Positions 24,798 through 36,665 of a stretch of DNA of 64,000 nt are shown here, piece after piece. The DNA is taken from positions 127,615 to 191,614 of the forward strand of contig NMRA01000075.1 of NCBI GenBank assembly GCA_002633005.1, written 5' to 3'. Position 1 is the stretch's first letter. Every line of letters starts with the position of its first letter. The notes under the pieces are model-generated. The model saw only the letters and a program-made list of their open reading frames with translations. It had not been told where the DNA came from and ran no database searches. The stretch comes from Phoronis australis (Eukaryota > Animalia > Phoronida). A program made the position numbers and the translations under genes.

Positions 24798-25131
24798 TGA
24801 CGTCAGAGTCACGTTATTGTGGTTGCTGTGTCCGATTAGTTATCAAGGCCTTCCGCTCACTCGCTCTCTGCAGAAATTGCAGCCAGTTCTAACTAGGCCC
24901 ATTTTCCAGGAGACGTTGTCTTAACGGGAGGAGATCGACAATAGAAGTGTCTCGTTAATCGTTCAAAAAATCCAGAAAATTTAAATTACGATGGCAAGAC
25001 GAGAGCTGCTTAATGTTGACGCGAACGAGGATGACTCTAAATGTGAGAATATTCGATTTCATTCGAGCAAGTCTGTTGCTAGTTGTTTTAAACAAGTCTT
25101 ACGGTTGCAGCGTTGGAGGATTGTGACGTCA
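24798..25131. promoter_or_regulatory. two full CRE palindromes in the divergent interval
   Basis: TGACGTCA at 24798-24805 and 25124-25131. Confidence 0.4.
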
Positions 25132-25217
25132 TAGTGAAACTGTCGGCCTTTCCTGTTGCGTTCTAGCCATGAACTCTGACTCTCCAGGAAATCCATTTTG
25201 AAACTGGCCAAGATGAC

Positions 25218-25359
25218 ATGGATCTCTGGATCATATTAGCAATGGTGTTTATGACTAACCAACTTACACAGAGTGCTTCGTGGAGTGAATGGAATAGTTG
25301 GTCGGCATGTGACACTGCTTGCGGCGGAGGAACACGGAAGCGTTTTCGTTATTGTCAAG
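25218..25359 (+). CDS. TSP1/aromatic-repeat membrane protein, exon 1: signal peptide and first part of the TSP1 repeat
   Basis: MDLWIILAMVFMTNQLTQSA-SWSEWNSWSACDTACGGGTRKRFRYCQ; CAAG|gtagga donor, phase 1; canonical WxxWxxWxxCxxxCGGGxRxRxRxC motif. Confidence 0.85.
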
Positions 25360-26109
25360 GTAGGATGATTGTAGGGGATAACCAAGCGTGTTAATCCACA
25401 TCACAAAAAGATACACATGCGCATCAGCTGCCCCAGAAACATAAGCCGAGAATAGTAGGTTAGAAATCTAGAAAGAGTTCGAATTTTGTTTAGAAAACTT
25501 CCTATGGTCTACATTGCAAACACTTATAGAAATTGCATTTCCTGAATTTTCGTCAGAGTTTATTATTTCTTCCTGAGATTTGTCAAATTCGAATGTCAAA
25601 AATCTAGTCGCTTCCTTAAAGCTCAAAACTTCCCCCTGGCGATCAAATTATTAAATTAAACATTTAAGGGACCCATTGATAGTAGACCAGCTCAAATGGC
25701 GGCGACGACTGGGCAGTTCTGGGAAACAAATTAGTGAAAGAACGGTCCAACTCAGCCAAGTCACGGTAGTCTAAGAAACATTTGAGACGTAGAACGTGAA
25801 GATGACGGCGTCAATACGCTTTACTCTCAGATAGTAATGCAACAAATGGTTTAGGCCGAAAATGCATTGTTTATTTTGGTGTGTGATGCTTCTGATAATT
25901 GGGTCGGTGGTGGAATATTTCTAGTTGCTCACTTTGTCAAAAACGCTTGAGATGAGGAAAAATGATGGGACGTTTGTTTAGGTTTTATACTCATCTCTAA
26001 CCAGTTTCTGGTGGCAGAAGGGCTGTGCTCGAAAAATTCATTTTCTCCTCCAGCAACTGTCCGCAGTGAACATGGTCAAGTCGAATTGATTCACGTCATA
26101 TCTGTTCTA

Positions 26110-26640
26110 GGATTGACAAGGGATTTGTGTAAATAAATTGACGATATTTTAAATGATTTTATTTGGGCAGGGAAAAAACTAAAATAAAGAAAGCGTTTCA
26201 ATGGCCTCTTATGAAGATGGTGGTTTAAAAGTCTCTGATATGAACCTAATAAAGGAAGGCCTTTTCGTCCACTGGGTTAAAAGTTTTCAGTTTCCTGAAT
26301 GTGGAAGTTGGAAATTTTATCCACAACATTTCCTCAAGAGTTGTGGTGATGAACTGTTGTGGTCATGTAATTTTAAAATTAACACACTGTTCAGAACGGT
26401 AAACGATGATTTTTATGGAGATGTTTTGTCGGTGAGTTAGAAGTTGAATCATAATGCTTTTCAAGATGTGCATGTTTGTGATCAGATTATATGGCATAAC
26501 GGAGAAATGACACTCAATAATACGTAATTATATTATAAAGATTTTGCTAAGAATGAGCTATGTTTCATCAATAACTTTCTTGATGCTGAAAATAAGTTGT
26601 TACCGTGGGAAGTGTTCAAGGCAAAGTATAAATTACAACA
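26110..26640 (+). mobile_element. degenerate L1/Tx1-clade LINE ORF2 fragment
   Basis: frameshifted ...DILNDFIWAGKK / KIKK...SYEDGGLKV...WVK...W, typical of the region after the RT domain in L1/Tx1 ORF2. Confidence 0.7.
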
Positions 26641-26849
26641 AAAGATTTCCAAATTCTGACTTTTAATTCAATATGTATTATTTTATCTAGAAAAAGTGAT
26701 CAAGGTCATCAGCTATTGGTGGCTGCAACAATAAAATTTGCTTAGATTACAACACAATTGGCTGTACTTCTGGAGCAAGTTTTCCGATATGCAGAATTGA
26801 TTAAACACAAGACACTTTTTACGTAAAATCACCAGTCAAGAAATCGTGG

Positions 26850-26960
26850 AGAACACGTCAATTCGGCACGTAGAGCACGATGTGCTGCGATTGAAAGTAT
26901 TAGAGTCCCTTTTGATTGCATTTGAGAAGCCCGTTCTGAATGAGCAGCAAACAGGGGTCG
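26850..26960 (+). mobile_element. possible Penelope GIY-YIG C-terminal remnant
   Basis: LRLKVLESLLIAFEKPVLNEQ resembles the ES.xI...P.LN terminal motif. Confidence 0.4.
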
Positions 26961-27062
26961 CTCCGCAGGCTACACTTGTTTGCGTGACTTTCCTGCTATT
27001 CCCCTTTATTTGTCATTCTTTGCAGTATTTCACACCCGCCGTGTCCCACTGTGTATGTCTCC

Positions 27063-27211
27063 AGGCGTGCGTTCAGTAGACGCTAGGACCTACGGTAGGA
27101 CCTAGCTAAAACCTATTCAAAGTCACGTGCTCTTATTTACAATGCACGGCAATATCTCACGTAATCTCGCGAAGTCTTGCTTTTTAGCGAGGAACTAGCG
27201 TTACTGAACGG
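27063..27211. repeat. dispersed repeat, inverted relative to 40399-40540 and 40877-41008
   Basis: TGCACGGCAATATCTCACGTAATCTCGCGAAGTCTTGCTTTT is the reverse complement of sequence at 40426-40467. Confidence 0.8.
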
Positions 27212-27259
27212 TAGGCAGCTTATGCTCTGTGGTAGCATTACTGCCTCATTTTATTTTCA

Positions 27260-28065
27260 NNNNNNNNNNNNNNNNNNNNNNNNNNNNNNNNNNNNNNNNN
27301 NNNNNNNNNNNNNNNNNNNNNNNNNNNNNNNNNNNNNNNNNNNNNNNNNNNNNNNNNNNNNNNNNNNNNNNNNNNNNNNNNNNNNNNNNNNNNNNNNNNN
27401 NNNNNNNNNNNNNNNNNNNNNNNNNNNNNNNNNNNNNNNNNNNNNNNNNNNNNNNNNNNNNNNNNNNNNNNNNNNNNNNNNNNNNNNNNNNNNNNNNNNN
27501 NNNNNNNNNNNNNNNNNNNNNNNNNNNNNNNNNNNNNNNNNNNNNNNNNNNNNNNNNNNNNNNNNNNNNNNNNNNNNNNNNNNNNNNNNNNNNNNNNNNN
27601 NNNNNNNNNNNNNNNNNNNNNNNNNNNNNNNNNNNNNNNNNNNNNNNNNNNNNNNNNNNNNNNNNNNNNNNNNNNNNNNNNNNNNNNNNNNNNNNNNNNN
27701 NNNNNNNNNNNNNNNNNNNNNNNNNNNNNNNNNNNNNNNNNNNNNNNNNNNNNNNNNNNNNNNNNNNNNNNNNNNNNNNNNNNNNNNNNNNNNNNNNNNN
27801 NNNNNNNNNNNNNNNNNNNNNNNNNNNNNNNNNNNNNNNNNNNNNNNNNNNNNNNNNNNNNNNNNNNNNNNNNNNNNNNNNNNNNNNNNNNNNNNNNNNN
27901 NNNNNNNNNNNNNNNNNNNNNNNNNNNNNNNNNNNNNNNNNNNNNNNNNNNNNNNNNNNNNNNNNNNNNNNNNNNNNNNNNNNNNNNNNNNNNNNNNNNN
28001 NNNNNNNNNNNNNNNNNNNNNNNNNNNNNNNNNNNNNNNNNNNNNNNNNNNNNNNNNNNNNNNNA
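27260..28065. other. assembly gap
   Basis: N run. Confidence 1.
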
Positions 28066-31000
28066 AAATGCACCTTGAAAAAGTATCCGGGATTTTGTTA
28101 GATCTGGCCTGCTACTGGCTGTCATCAAAGTCGTTAACGATTCAAACTAACTCGGGTAATGGCGAGTTTGCTCCTCAATACCTTCCAAGTACGGGAAAAA
28201 TAGGTCAGTCACAAAACGACACGCATGTCACTAGTGTTAACTTTCTTTCCGAGGTATAAAACAAAGCTGGGATTTGATTTTTACATATTGTGAAAAGACG
28301 TTTTTGAAAACTGAAGTTGTGTGAAATGAAAGTGACACACCATTTAAGCTGCGTGTCAATTTTAAACCACACGCGGTCGTTTGTAGTGCGCTATGATCGG
28401 CGCTAGCTTGAACTGTGGGCGCTTAATTGGAAATTCTCAAAATTTAAGGGGGGACTTTTAGTAGATCAGTGAGCGCTTATTATGAAACACTTTAAAGGTA
28501 GGGAGTAGGCTCATGTGTGAGCACAGTCGTTAACCTCAGTGTTTGCGGTAATAAGGTATTAAAACGCTGCAATGGTATGAAACGTTATAATAATACATTT
28601 TTGCGAGGCAAACTCCATCTAGTATAGGGGTGACTTTCTGGATATCGTTACCACCTACATTGTACCCTTTTTAGTCACCCGGAATGATTTTGTTTTTAAC
28701 TGCCCGCTTCAGCCGGAACAAGGTTGTTTCTATAGGAGTCTGAACATTTTACGGTGACGGTGGTTCGGGGAGCGAAAAGTTGCCGGGGAGGGGGGTGTAT
28801 AAAGAGAAGAATGAAAAGTTCGCTAACTTGAACCACAGATTCGCATCTAGTGCCAGTTTAGTTGCAATAGCTGGCTACGGGTATAGAATACAGGGCTTAC
28901 AGAACATCGACCTCGGGAAACATCGGAACAGGAAAACGTCAGTTCTGGGTTATATCGGTCCGGGACATCGGGGTCTTTTATAACCGTTGGGAATCTGAGT
29001 TCATTTTCAAATAAACCAGAGCCAAGCCGGTATACTCTTTCATTTAGGACTGTCGCTGTTCTTTGAAGTGGTGCGCACGTATGAGTTCACGCACTTGAAT
29101 CGCTGGGGTAGGCCTACAGTGTACACTTTAGTTGGCAACAACGTGCGAAAGACAAATCATATTTCGCGCACGTAGCCCCAGAAACAAGTAAAGAGTTTGA
29201 GAATTTCTTGGCAACTGAAACTAAAGACGTGACCGTCGTTTGGCGATTAATAAGGATGTCATTTTCACTTTGGTTGTCTTAATACGATAAAACGGAGAAG
29301 CACATCTTAGTCTAAGTGACGATTGTCTGCCTGGACTGCTTGCTCGCGGCGGTGTCGTAGTGCGATATCAGGGATATTGTAGTGGATATTTGGTACATGT
29401 AATAAGGACATTTTATGTGAAAAATAAACATTTTTGTCTACCACAAAGTTTGGTAAAAAGATCGCTTAAGAATTTGTAGAAACACCGCTGTCTTGTGAAA
29501 TTTTATCACGTGTTAAGCTGTGGCCCGAAATTTTCTTCGGCGAATCCGAGAATTTACAAAAGTGCTCGAAAGTGTTAGCCAATGAAACGCGTCAAAGATC
29601 GATTCTGCATATCCCATGTTCACGCGACTTGCTTACAAGTCATCGGGAGGGCTGTTCTCGGTTAGTATTCTTTTGAACTTGGATTTGGCAACAACCAAAT
29701 TACGGTCGGATTAACAAGAGCGGCTTTGTATTTGCCAGGTATCTGTTGAGAAGTGTAAAAACTCAGCTCGCATTCGTTGGAAATTCCAGGTCGCATTTTG
29801 CGACTTGATACGAGCTGACAAATATCTCAGCTCGCATTTCCAAATTTCAGGTCGCAAATGCGACCTGCAGCTCGTTATTTCGAGCCCTGATTACAATACT
29901 ATCATCCTCTGTTTTGTTCACGTTTCCTTCTCGAGAATTCGAAATCCCATCTTAAACAAATATGTTGTTAGAAAGGGCTAGTTCCAAAGAACACGGCTCC
30001 GTCTGTTTCCGCTTCTGACAGAAGAAACCCTCAAAGACTACTCTCGTTTCCAAATGGGACACAAGTAAGAAGTAGATATTACTGCATCACGATATCACGA
30101 TGAAGTTAGTATAGACAAAATAAGTTGGCAATAAGACACTTGTGTGGCATTTTTGCAAATTATACCGTCAATAACTTTCATAAACCGACGTAGTTTTGGT
30201 GTGTTCGTTAGCACCCAGTACTGTGTTTTTGGTTCATTTCAACTACCACAGGTAACGTTTTGATTTGATTCAGAAGCATATAGGCAAATTTGTGTGCGAA
30301 GGGGTAACTACCTTCTTGAGCGTGTCTTTATAGTAATTTGCAGACAGGTTACGTTTCTACGTGTATACCATAAACGTGGATACTCCTCGATCTACGTACG
30401 ACGTGTTTTTCCATAACTGCATCAAGTCAGTGTTGCGCATGTGCCAGAAGACTGGAAATAAAGCATTTTAAGTCTCTTAATTTTCCAGTCGTTCATAAAA
30501 TTGGAAGCATGGGAAACCGCGTAAGTTGCGAGTGACCTAGGAAGGACAATGGGGACTTTCAGTTTCTCGAAATCAAGGTGTGCGTTAAACCTGGACATTT
30601 GTTCGCTGCGTGAATGAAAACACGACTTTATTTTCTGTTGGATCGTTTCATAGACACTCGGTTGTATTCTCTGTACAGTTTTCGATCAGCGGTAAAGTGT
30701 GAAATAAATTGACAATAGATATGTTAAATAAATTTCCTTTTGAGGTTGGTCGGGCACGTCTAAAAAATTCGCAAAAACCAACGGACATTATCTGATAAAG
30801 AGGCTACACGAAATATGCTTTATGCTCTGCATATGTCCGGTGGTGAATATAGACCCGTGTGTCAGTGAAGCTCGGTTACCAGAGATGAAAAAGAGAGTGG
30901 GGTGGTCGAAAATGATCATAAATTCTGGCGTAGCAATAATGCAAAATACAATCTCATAAATAAAAAGAAAAGTAAATGTTATGTGTTGGTGTTAACAGTG

Positions 31001-32448
31001 AATGTAGACGCATGAACAAGTGATATTTAAAACCGATGGTGTCCAAGACAAAGAAAAATTAAAACACGAAACTAACACAGCTAATTGAAATGCTGCATGG
31101 TACCCGAATGGTATGCTATTTCCATAACCTATGAGACGAGCATGGACTATGGCGAAACGACGCAACTCAAGGCGAGTTGAGGAATACGGACCCAAATTCG
31201 TCTCGAGACGGACGAAATCATATGCTCACAAAAACATACGGAGTGTCCAAAAATGTACTCGCATTTTAAATGATGACTATGGTGTGCTGTTTATTGAGTT
31301 AGGGACGGTTGAGCAGGCTTAAATCCACAAAGAGATAAATGAAAAGACGAGAATGGTGGTTTTCTGAGATCAGCCCCACCAAGCTCAGTGGTTGCAATCC
31401 AACAACTTTCTGGCGGAGATAAATCCCACTGACAGATTGTTCTAAACTCCCTCACCCCACGCGTCCCTTGACACTCGATCCACAACCCCCTCGACCCAGT
31501 CTACACACGCTCAACTCTACCTGAACATAGAACAAGCGCCGACTTGCAGGATCAACGAGTTGGGCGTGAGCTCGGTTGGCTTTTCCCTGATTTTTGTAAT
31601 TAAGAGCGTCGATTTGGCAAGTTTCAAATCCAAAAACAGAAAATAATTCTACCAAATCAAATCAAAGACCTACCAACGTTACAAATGTCTATCCCGGCGG
31701 AGTGCAATCGTCTCGTCTGCTCTTCATTGAATGGTAGATTCAAGTTTTTGAGAGTGCGAGAAGCAGACGAATTTGTATTTTTTTCAGTAAATACAGTTAG
31801 GCAAACACATTGTCGACAAAAAAGTGTCTCAACGTTATATGGAGCATATTGCAAACGAGTGAGAAAGCAAATAATAAAAATGTGAAATTATGTACAATCA
31901 CGTTAACGTACTCTCTCCCTAAGTTTAGTAGAACATAGCCATGGTGCGGGAACGGGCGCAAAAATGGTCTGTAGTGGAGCGGCGGAGTTTGTGTGAACGA
32001 TGCGTTTAATGCAATAGTGTCTAAGAGGTGTGCTACTCAGCGATTTATCTGTTTCAAACGGGGGAGGCGTTAATGTTTATTCTCTCAAACATTAAATATT
32101 TATTTCATAAAACGCGTCAAGGATGAACACAAACAGAATACTTGACACTTACATGTACACATACAAGGGATATCCACCTGAGGCTACTGTTGAAGGTTAT
32201 GCACGCGCACTTCTATGCAAAATCCGAGAGCAAATGCATTTGGTAAACCATTATTTGGATGTAGGCGCATTTGCCTGAACATACCCAGATACGGGGATAC
32301 GAGACATTGTAGATCATTTTTTCCGACTCGTAGGCGCTGATACGGAAACTTTGCCATTGATCGGCGTTGAGCCGAACTTAATGCGTCCTATAAGTCACCA
32401 TTATGTTTCCCACGGCTCAGCTTTAGAGAAACTATGATTGTATTTTAG

Positions 32449-32743
32449 TGGAATCACAGGACGAATCGTGCACAGGCCACCATTGTGCCAACCGGGAGAA
32501 TATCTGGAACAAAGCGGCACAGGCGTATGTTCCGGGCTGGGATCCGGACAAGAATCAGTGGAGAACCAACTATATTTCCCCAATCGATCCGGATACGGGA
32601 GACTATTACGAAGGCTTTATTAAAGAGACCAACTCGTACAGCGAAGGTTGGAACACGGAAAAAAACGATTGGTTCGAAGGATATGACAGAGACAACAAAA
32701 AGTGGAAGGCTGGTTATGTTAGGCCAATAGATGAGAACGGGAG
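32449..32743 (+). CDS. TSP1/aromatic-repeat membrane protein, exon 2
   Basis: ttttag acceptor, phase 1; VESQDESCTGHHC (TSP1 end), then GWDPDKNQW, GWNTEKNDW, GYDRDNKKW repeats; AG|gtagac donor, phase 2. Confidence 0.85.
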
Positions 32744-33400
32744 GTAGACTTTTGCACGTTTATGTTTATTCGACCTCCAGTTGTTCTTAGTTACCACTTA
32801 AGTCAAAACTTTTCAACTTTTTTAAATACCGTCTGCTAACCCATGGAGAAATACATTTTAAAGTAAACGCGGAAATGTGCCCTCTACTGGAAGCAATGAT
32901 CGAAAGTTGGTTATCAAGAAAATCTTAGACATATTTTGATCTTCCATTTTGCGATCGTTACGTTTTTAAATGTTCCTGGAAAATGTATTATTTCGCCTAT
33001 AAGTCCATGGCCAATTTCGCAAGAGATACGGTATTATAATTGTTTTCATTTTCATTTGTTTCATTGTTTTTTAATAGCTCTTCACAATGGTTTCGACTAA
33101 GTAAGACTCTTATCATTGTGGCCATGACAGAAAACATTAGACTTGCCTCATACGCGAAGAAACGGTATACTGGAGCGTCACTCACTAGAAGCCACATTAT
33201 CTTAAAGTTATCTAAAGTCATATTATAGTTGTGTCTCGTTTACAATGCATTTCCCGTCTATTTCCGTGACCTGAGATCCCTGCCTATCAAGTGAGAGAAC
33301 GATTCCTGAATGACGGCCATGTTGATTGAAAAAAGGTTTTTCATACTCTCCGTGAAGGCATGTTTTAAATAAAATCAACTTACTTAGAGACTGAAGATTT

Positions 33401-33911
33401 AAGAGTTCGAACATTTCGTACTGTATTCAGCAATCCTTTATCAATGAATGGTAGGGAGGCGTCCTGGTTTCCGGTCACCCTGTTCTCCGGAACTAGTATG
33501 GCGTCATAGATGGGTGCAAGCTGCAATCCTTGATCACGACTCATGGTGGGCTTGTTGGTTTTGATATATACAGATTCTTTAATTTTTCTTGAGAAACAGT
33601 TCTCCTCTTTAGTCAGGATCTTGGCGAACCCTGGGAACCAGCATCAAAGAACACAACAAACTGGAAAAGCCCGCTGGCGTGGGAGAATATCTGGGAATCT
33701 CCGGCTATACTGCCAGTGGTTCTCAAGAAAGATTAAAGAATCCATATATATCAAAATCAACAAGCCCATGAATCGTGATCAAGGGTTGCAGCTTCCACCC
33801 ATCTATGACATCACACTACTTCCGGAGAACAAAATGACCGGAAACCAGGACACCTCCATAAAATTCGTTGATAACTGACTGTAGAATACAGTCCGAAACG
33901 CTCGAACTCTT
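33401..33911. mobile_element. Penelope-like element: two inverted 3' ends
   Basis: 33401-33597 and 33719-33911 are imperfect inverted repeats; both encode the GIY-YIG tail FSRKIKES(I/V)YIK.NKP..RDQGLQL.PIYD. Confidence 0.8.
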
Positions 33912-34534
33912 GAAGGAGAATGCCACCCGATTTAATTAGTCTTTTTACCGTCTTAATCGGTCTATATCCATATCGTCTCTTATACGGTCGACCTCACCTT
34001 GCCGAGAGGTGTCGTGTTTACCTGTAAGGAAGGTGAGAAACGACGCAGCGACGTCAGTGGTTCATCTGAATTGTTGACCGTCAGCCGCCTAACAAAGTAG
34101 CCGTAAACCACGGAAGCACAATTTTCCCTGTCTAAATTTATTTTCAATATTTTCGCAAGTTTTAATGACAGAATATTGTATTATTTTGATGTTGCATGTT
34201 CGTTGTTAAGTTTATATTGTTTACCACAGTTAATTACTCCCAGTAAAATACGCTTGTCCCAGGGCGACAGTCTCACTGCCTTGTTCTTAAATCATTCCTT
34301 AATGAATCTCACTTCCCACTTCGCGGTAAATCAAAATGGCGGAGTATCATTAGGCTCCAGGATTTTTATGAATTTTTCACCTACAGGTGTCGTTAGGAAT
34401 CTAAAAGCTAGGTCGTTAAGGTGGCCTCAGCCTCACCTTAGCGCCAGCTTATCGCTGACATGTTGGAAAAACCAGCTGCAGTGTGCTATTATTTATAATA
34501 AACATGCACAACTTGTCATTGTTTATATTAAAAG

Positions 34535-34650
34535 TATTATTCTTATTCCTATTTTATTAGTTAGTATTACTGTTACTACTACTATTGCTATTACTATTAT
34601 TATTGTTGTTATCGTTATTGTTATTGTTACTGTTATTATTATTATCGTTA
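34535..34650. repeat. degenerate (ATT)n microsatellite
   Basis: tandem ATT/GTT/ACT triplets. Confidence 0.9.
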
Positions 34651-34791
34651 ATATTTTACCATGTACACGCGTTTCCAGGCTCATGCACCTACATCCGAAC
34701 TAATGCATTTCATAGAATTTCTTAGATCGAATGCGTTAGTGTCGCCGCTACCTTAAAACCCGGTAAAGCGCATGCCCTTAGTTGTGATGAT

Positions 34792-35330
34792 CGGAGCTTA
34801 GGCGCATGTGCAGTGCTGAGAAACAGTGGCTTGCTGACGAGGGATCACATGTGGGATTATTTGGGTTCTTGATGATTTAATGCATAGAAATGGAATTTTG
34901 TTGCATGAAATTAACCTTGCTAGTCTAGGTGTTTGAATGCTGTTGCGACTGTCTTGCAGTTTAGTGCTTCAGGCGAATTAGCGTTTATTGTTGGTGTACG
35001 CGAATTATATTGATGCCAACAGAGAGCGCTATTTCTGTGGCTACGCAAGACATCCCACATGCCAGTGTGAATGCTTAACGCATTGCTTCAATCGCTCGCG
35101 GACTAACCGTGCTCCCGCACATCATTGCAGCCGAGGCAAAAAGTGGGTCGGAACCGTGAGATATGCGTCCGTAACGTAGGAATAGCCTAAGTGAGAGGAG
35201 AATTTTGTGCGTGGGCAGGAAAGTCTGACTACACTGTACTTTGGGATCACATACAGCGGAGGTGTGTAGGTTATAAGGTTTCGTAAGATTTTTCTATTCA
35301 AATGTCAAATATCCATGCGCCTAAGCTCCG
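34792..35330. mobile_element. MITE-like element
   Basis: inverted ends CGGAGCTTAGGCGCATG and CATGCGCCTAAGCTCCG. Confidence 0.55.
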
Positions 35331-36389
35331 CAATTAGACGCAGCACCACAATTTTGGCGCATGTGCCGTATTGATCGTATACATTTTTCGGAGAGCAAAA
35401 TGAAATATCGATTCATGATGTTAATGTCATATTCGCGTACTTCTCGAATTGCAGAATGTTGCTATTGATGACTTCAATTTTTGTATTTTTATATTGTATC
35501 GCGTCTTTTTGGTGAAACTCTCCATCATCATCATCATCCCTTACGCTAAAATATTCCACTGACACAACCAACGTTGTGACAATTTGGGACCAAATTGACT
35601 CTTGCAAAATTTTTGGGGCAGTTTGGGCAAATTGAGTTTGCAGTGCTGACCCACATTGTCACAATTTGGGAGTTGTGACAATTTGAGACTGCGCATCTCT
35701 ATTTCTTACATCTGCAGTAACTTGGCATTGATGTTACACGCTAAGACATAACCCGTTTTCAAAACAAATGACGTTCACGACTTGTCTACAATGGAAAGAA
35801 GGCGACAAAACGTCATTTTCTGTAGGTACCAGAAACAAAACGGCGACGACACGCTCTTTTCTTCACGTGCTCCTGCATGGGGGCGTGACCTTGTCTGAAA
35901 AGGAACCTTAAAGCCTATCTTGAACGGTAACACATGTAAATGTGGTTTCTATAGGGCATCTTAAAAGCATCTCTCTGAGTCCACCAGCGCCATAAACTGG
36001 CAAATGTAACGAACTCTTAGACTTAGCGGTATGCTTTGGTCTACGTCACCGCGTGAATCACGTAGCCGTGAATAACACCCGTACGTAATTCAGTCTCCTA
36101 TTCAATACAACTGTTATCGGCCTTTTGTTGTTAATTGTGCGGTGACACAATATGGCACCAAAAGTTAACTTCACCTATCATTTAACGGGTCTACATTCGA
36201 GTGATTAAACTCGCGTTTTCTTATCTTAGTAAGCCTTTGCTAGGACTATCTGGTTAGCCCAATACATCTAGAGTAACATAACTCCGTTGAAGTTAGGCTT
36301 TAAAGGAGCCTTAAAAATAACCCTCAGCAACATACGCTACTACTGACTATGCATCTGTTAATGGTACAAATGTTACGTCACTTTTGGAG

Positions 36390-36665
36390 GTTTTCTCCTG
36401 GCTATGATATCAAGAACAACCGTTGGTATCGAGGTTACAGTATACCACGACAACGTTTCATTGATGGCTACAACGTCCAACGAAAACGCTTTCCCGGCAA
36501 TTTCAAACCAGCGAGCCCTATAACCAACCCCACTAAGTGCGACGTGAGCGATGGCTGGAATCCAGTGTTTGCTGATTACTACCCGGGTTACGACGCAGTT
36601 AACAAAAGGTGGAACAATGGGTACTATAGTCCCATAAATCCGAAAACCGATCAGCCTTATTTTGG
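36390..36665 (+). CDS. TSP1/aromatic-repeat membrane protein, exon 3
   Basis: FSPGYDIKNNRW...GYDAVNKRW...DQPYF; phases 2/2; acceptor is an uncommon GAG; donor gtaaag. Confidence 0.8.

Noticed and set aside
27177-28259. Long ORFs of 275-360 aa, and similar ones at 12369-13041 and 3057-3356
   Set aside because: They are made mostly or partly of N-gap X residues.
34176-34703. 175-aa ORF with a very hydrophobic I/V/T stretch
   Set aside because: The stretch is a translation of the (ATT)n microsatellite.
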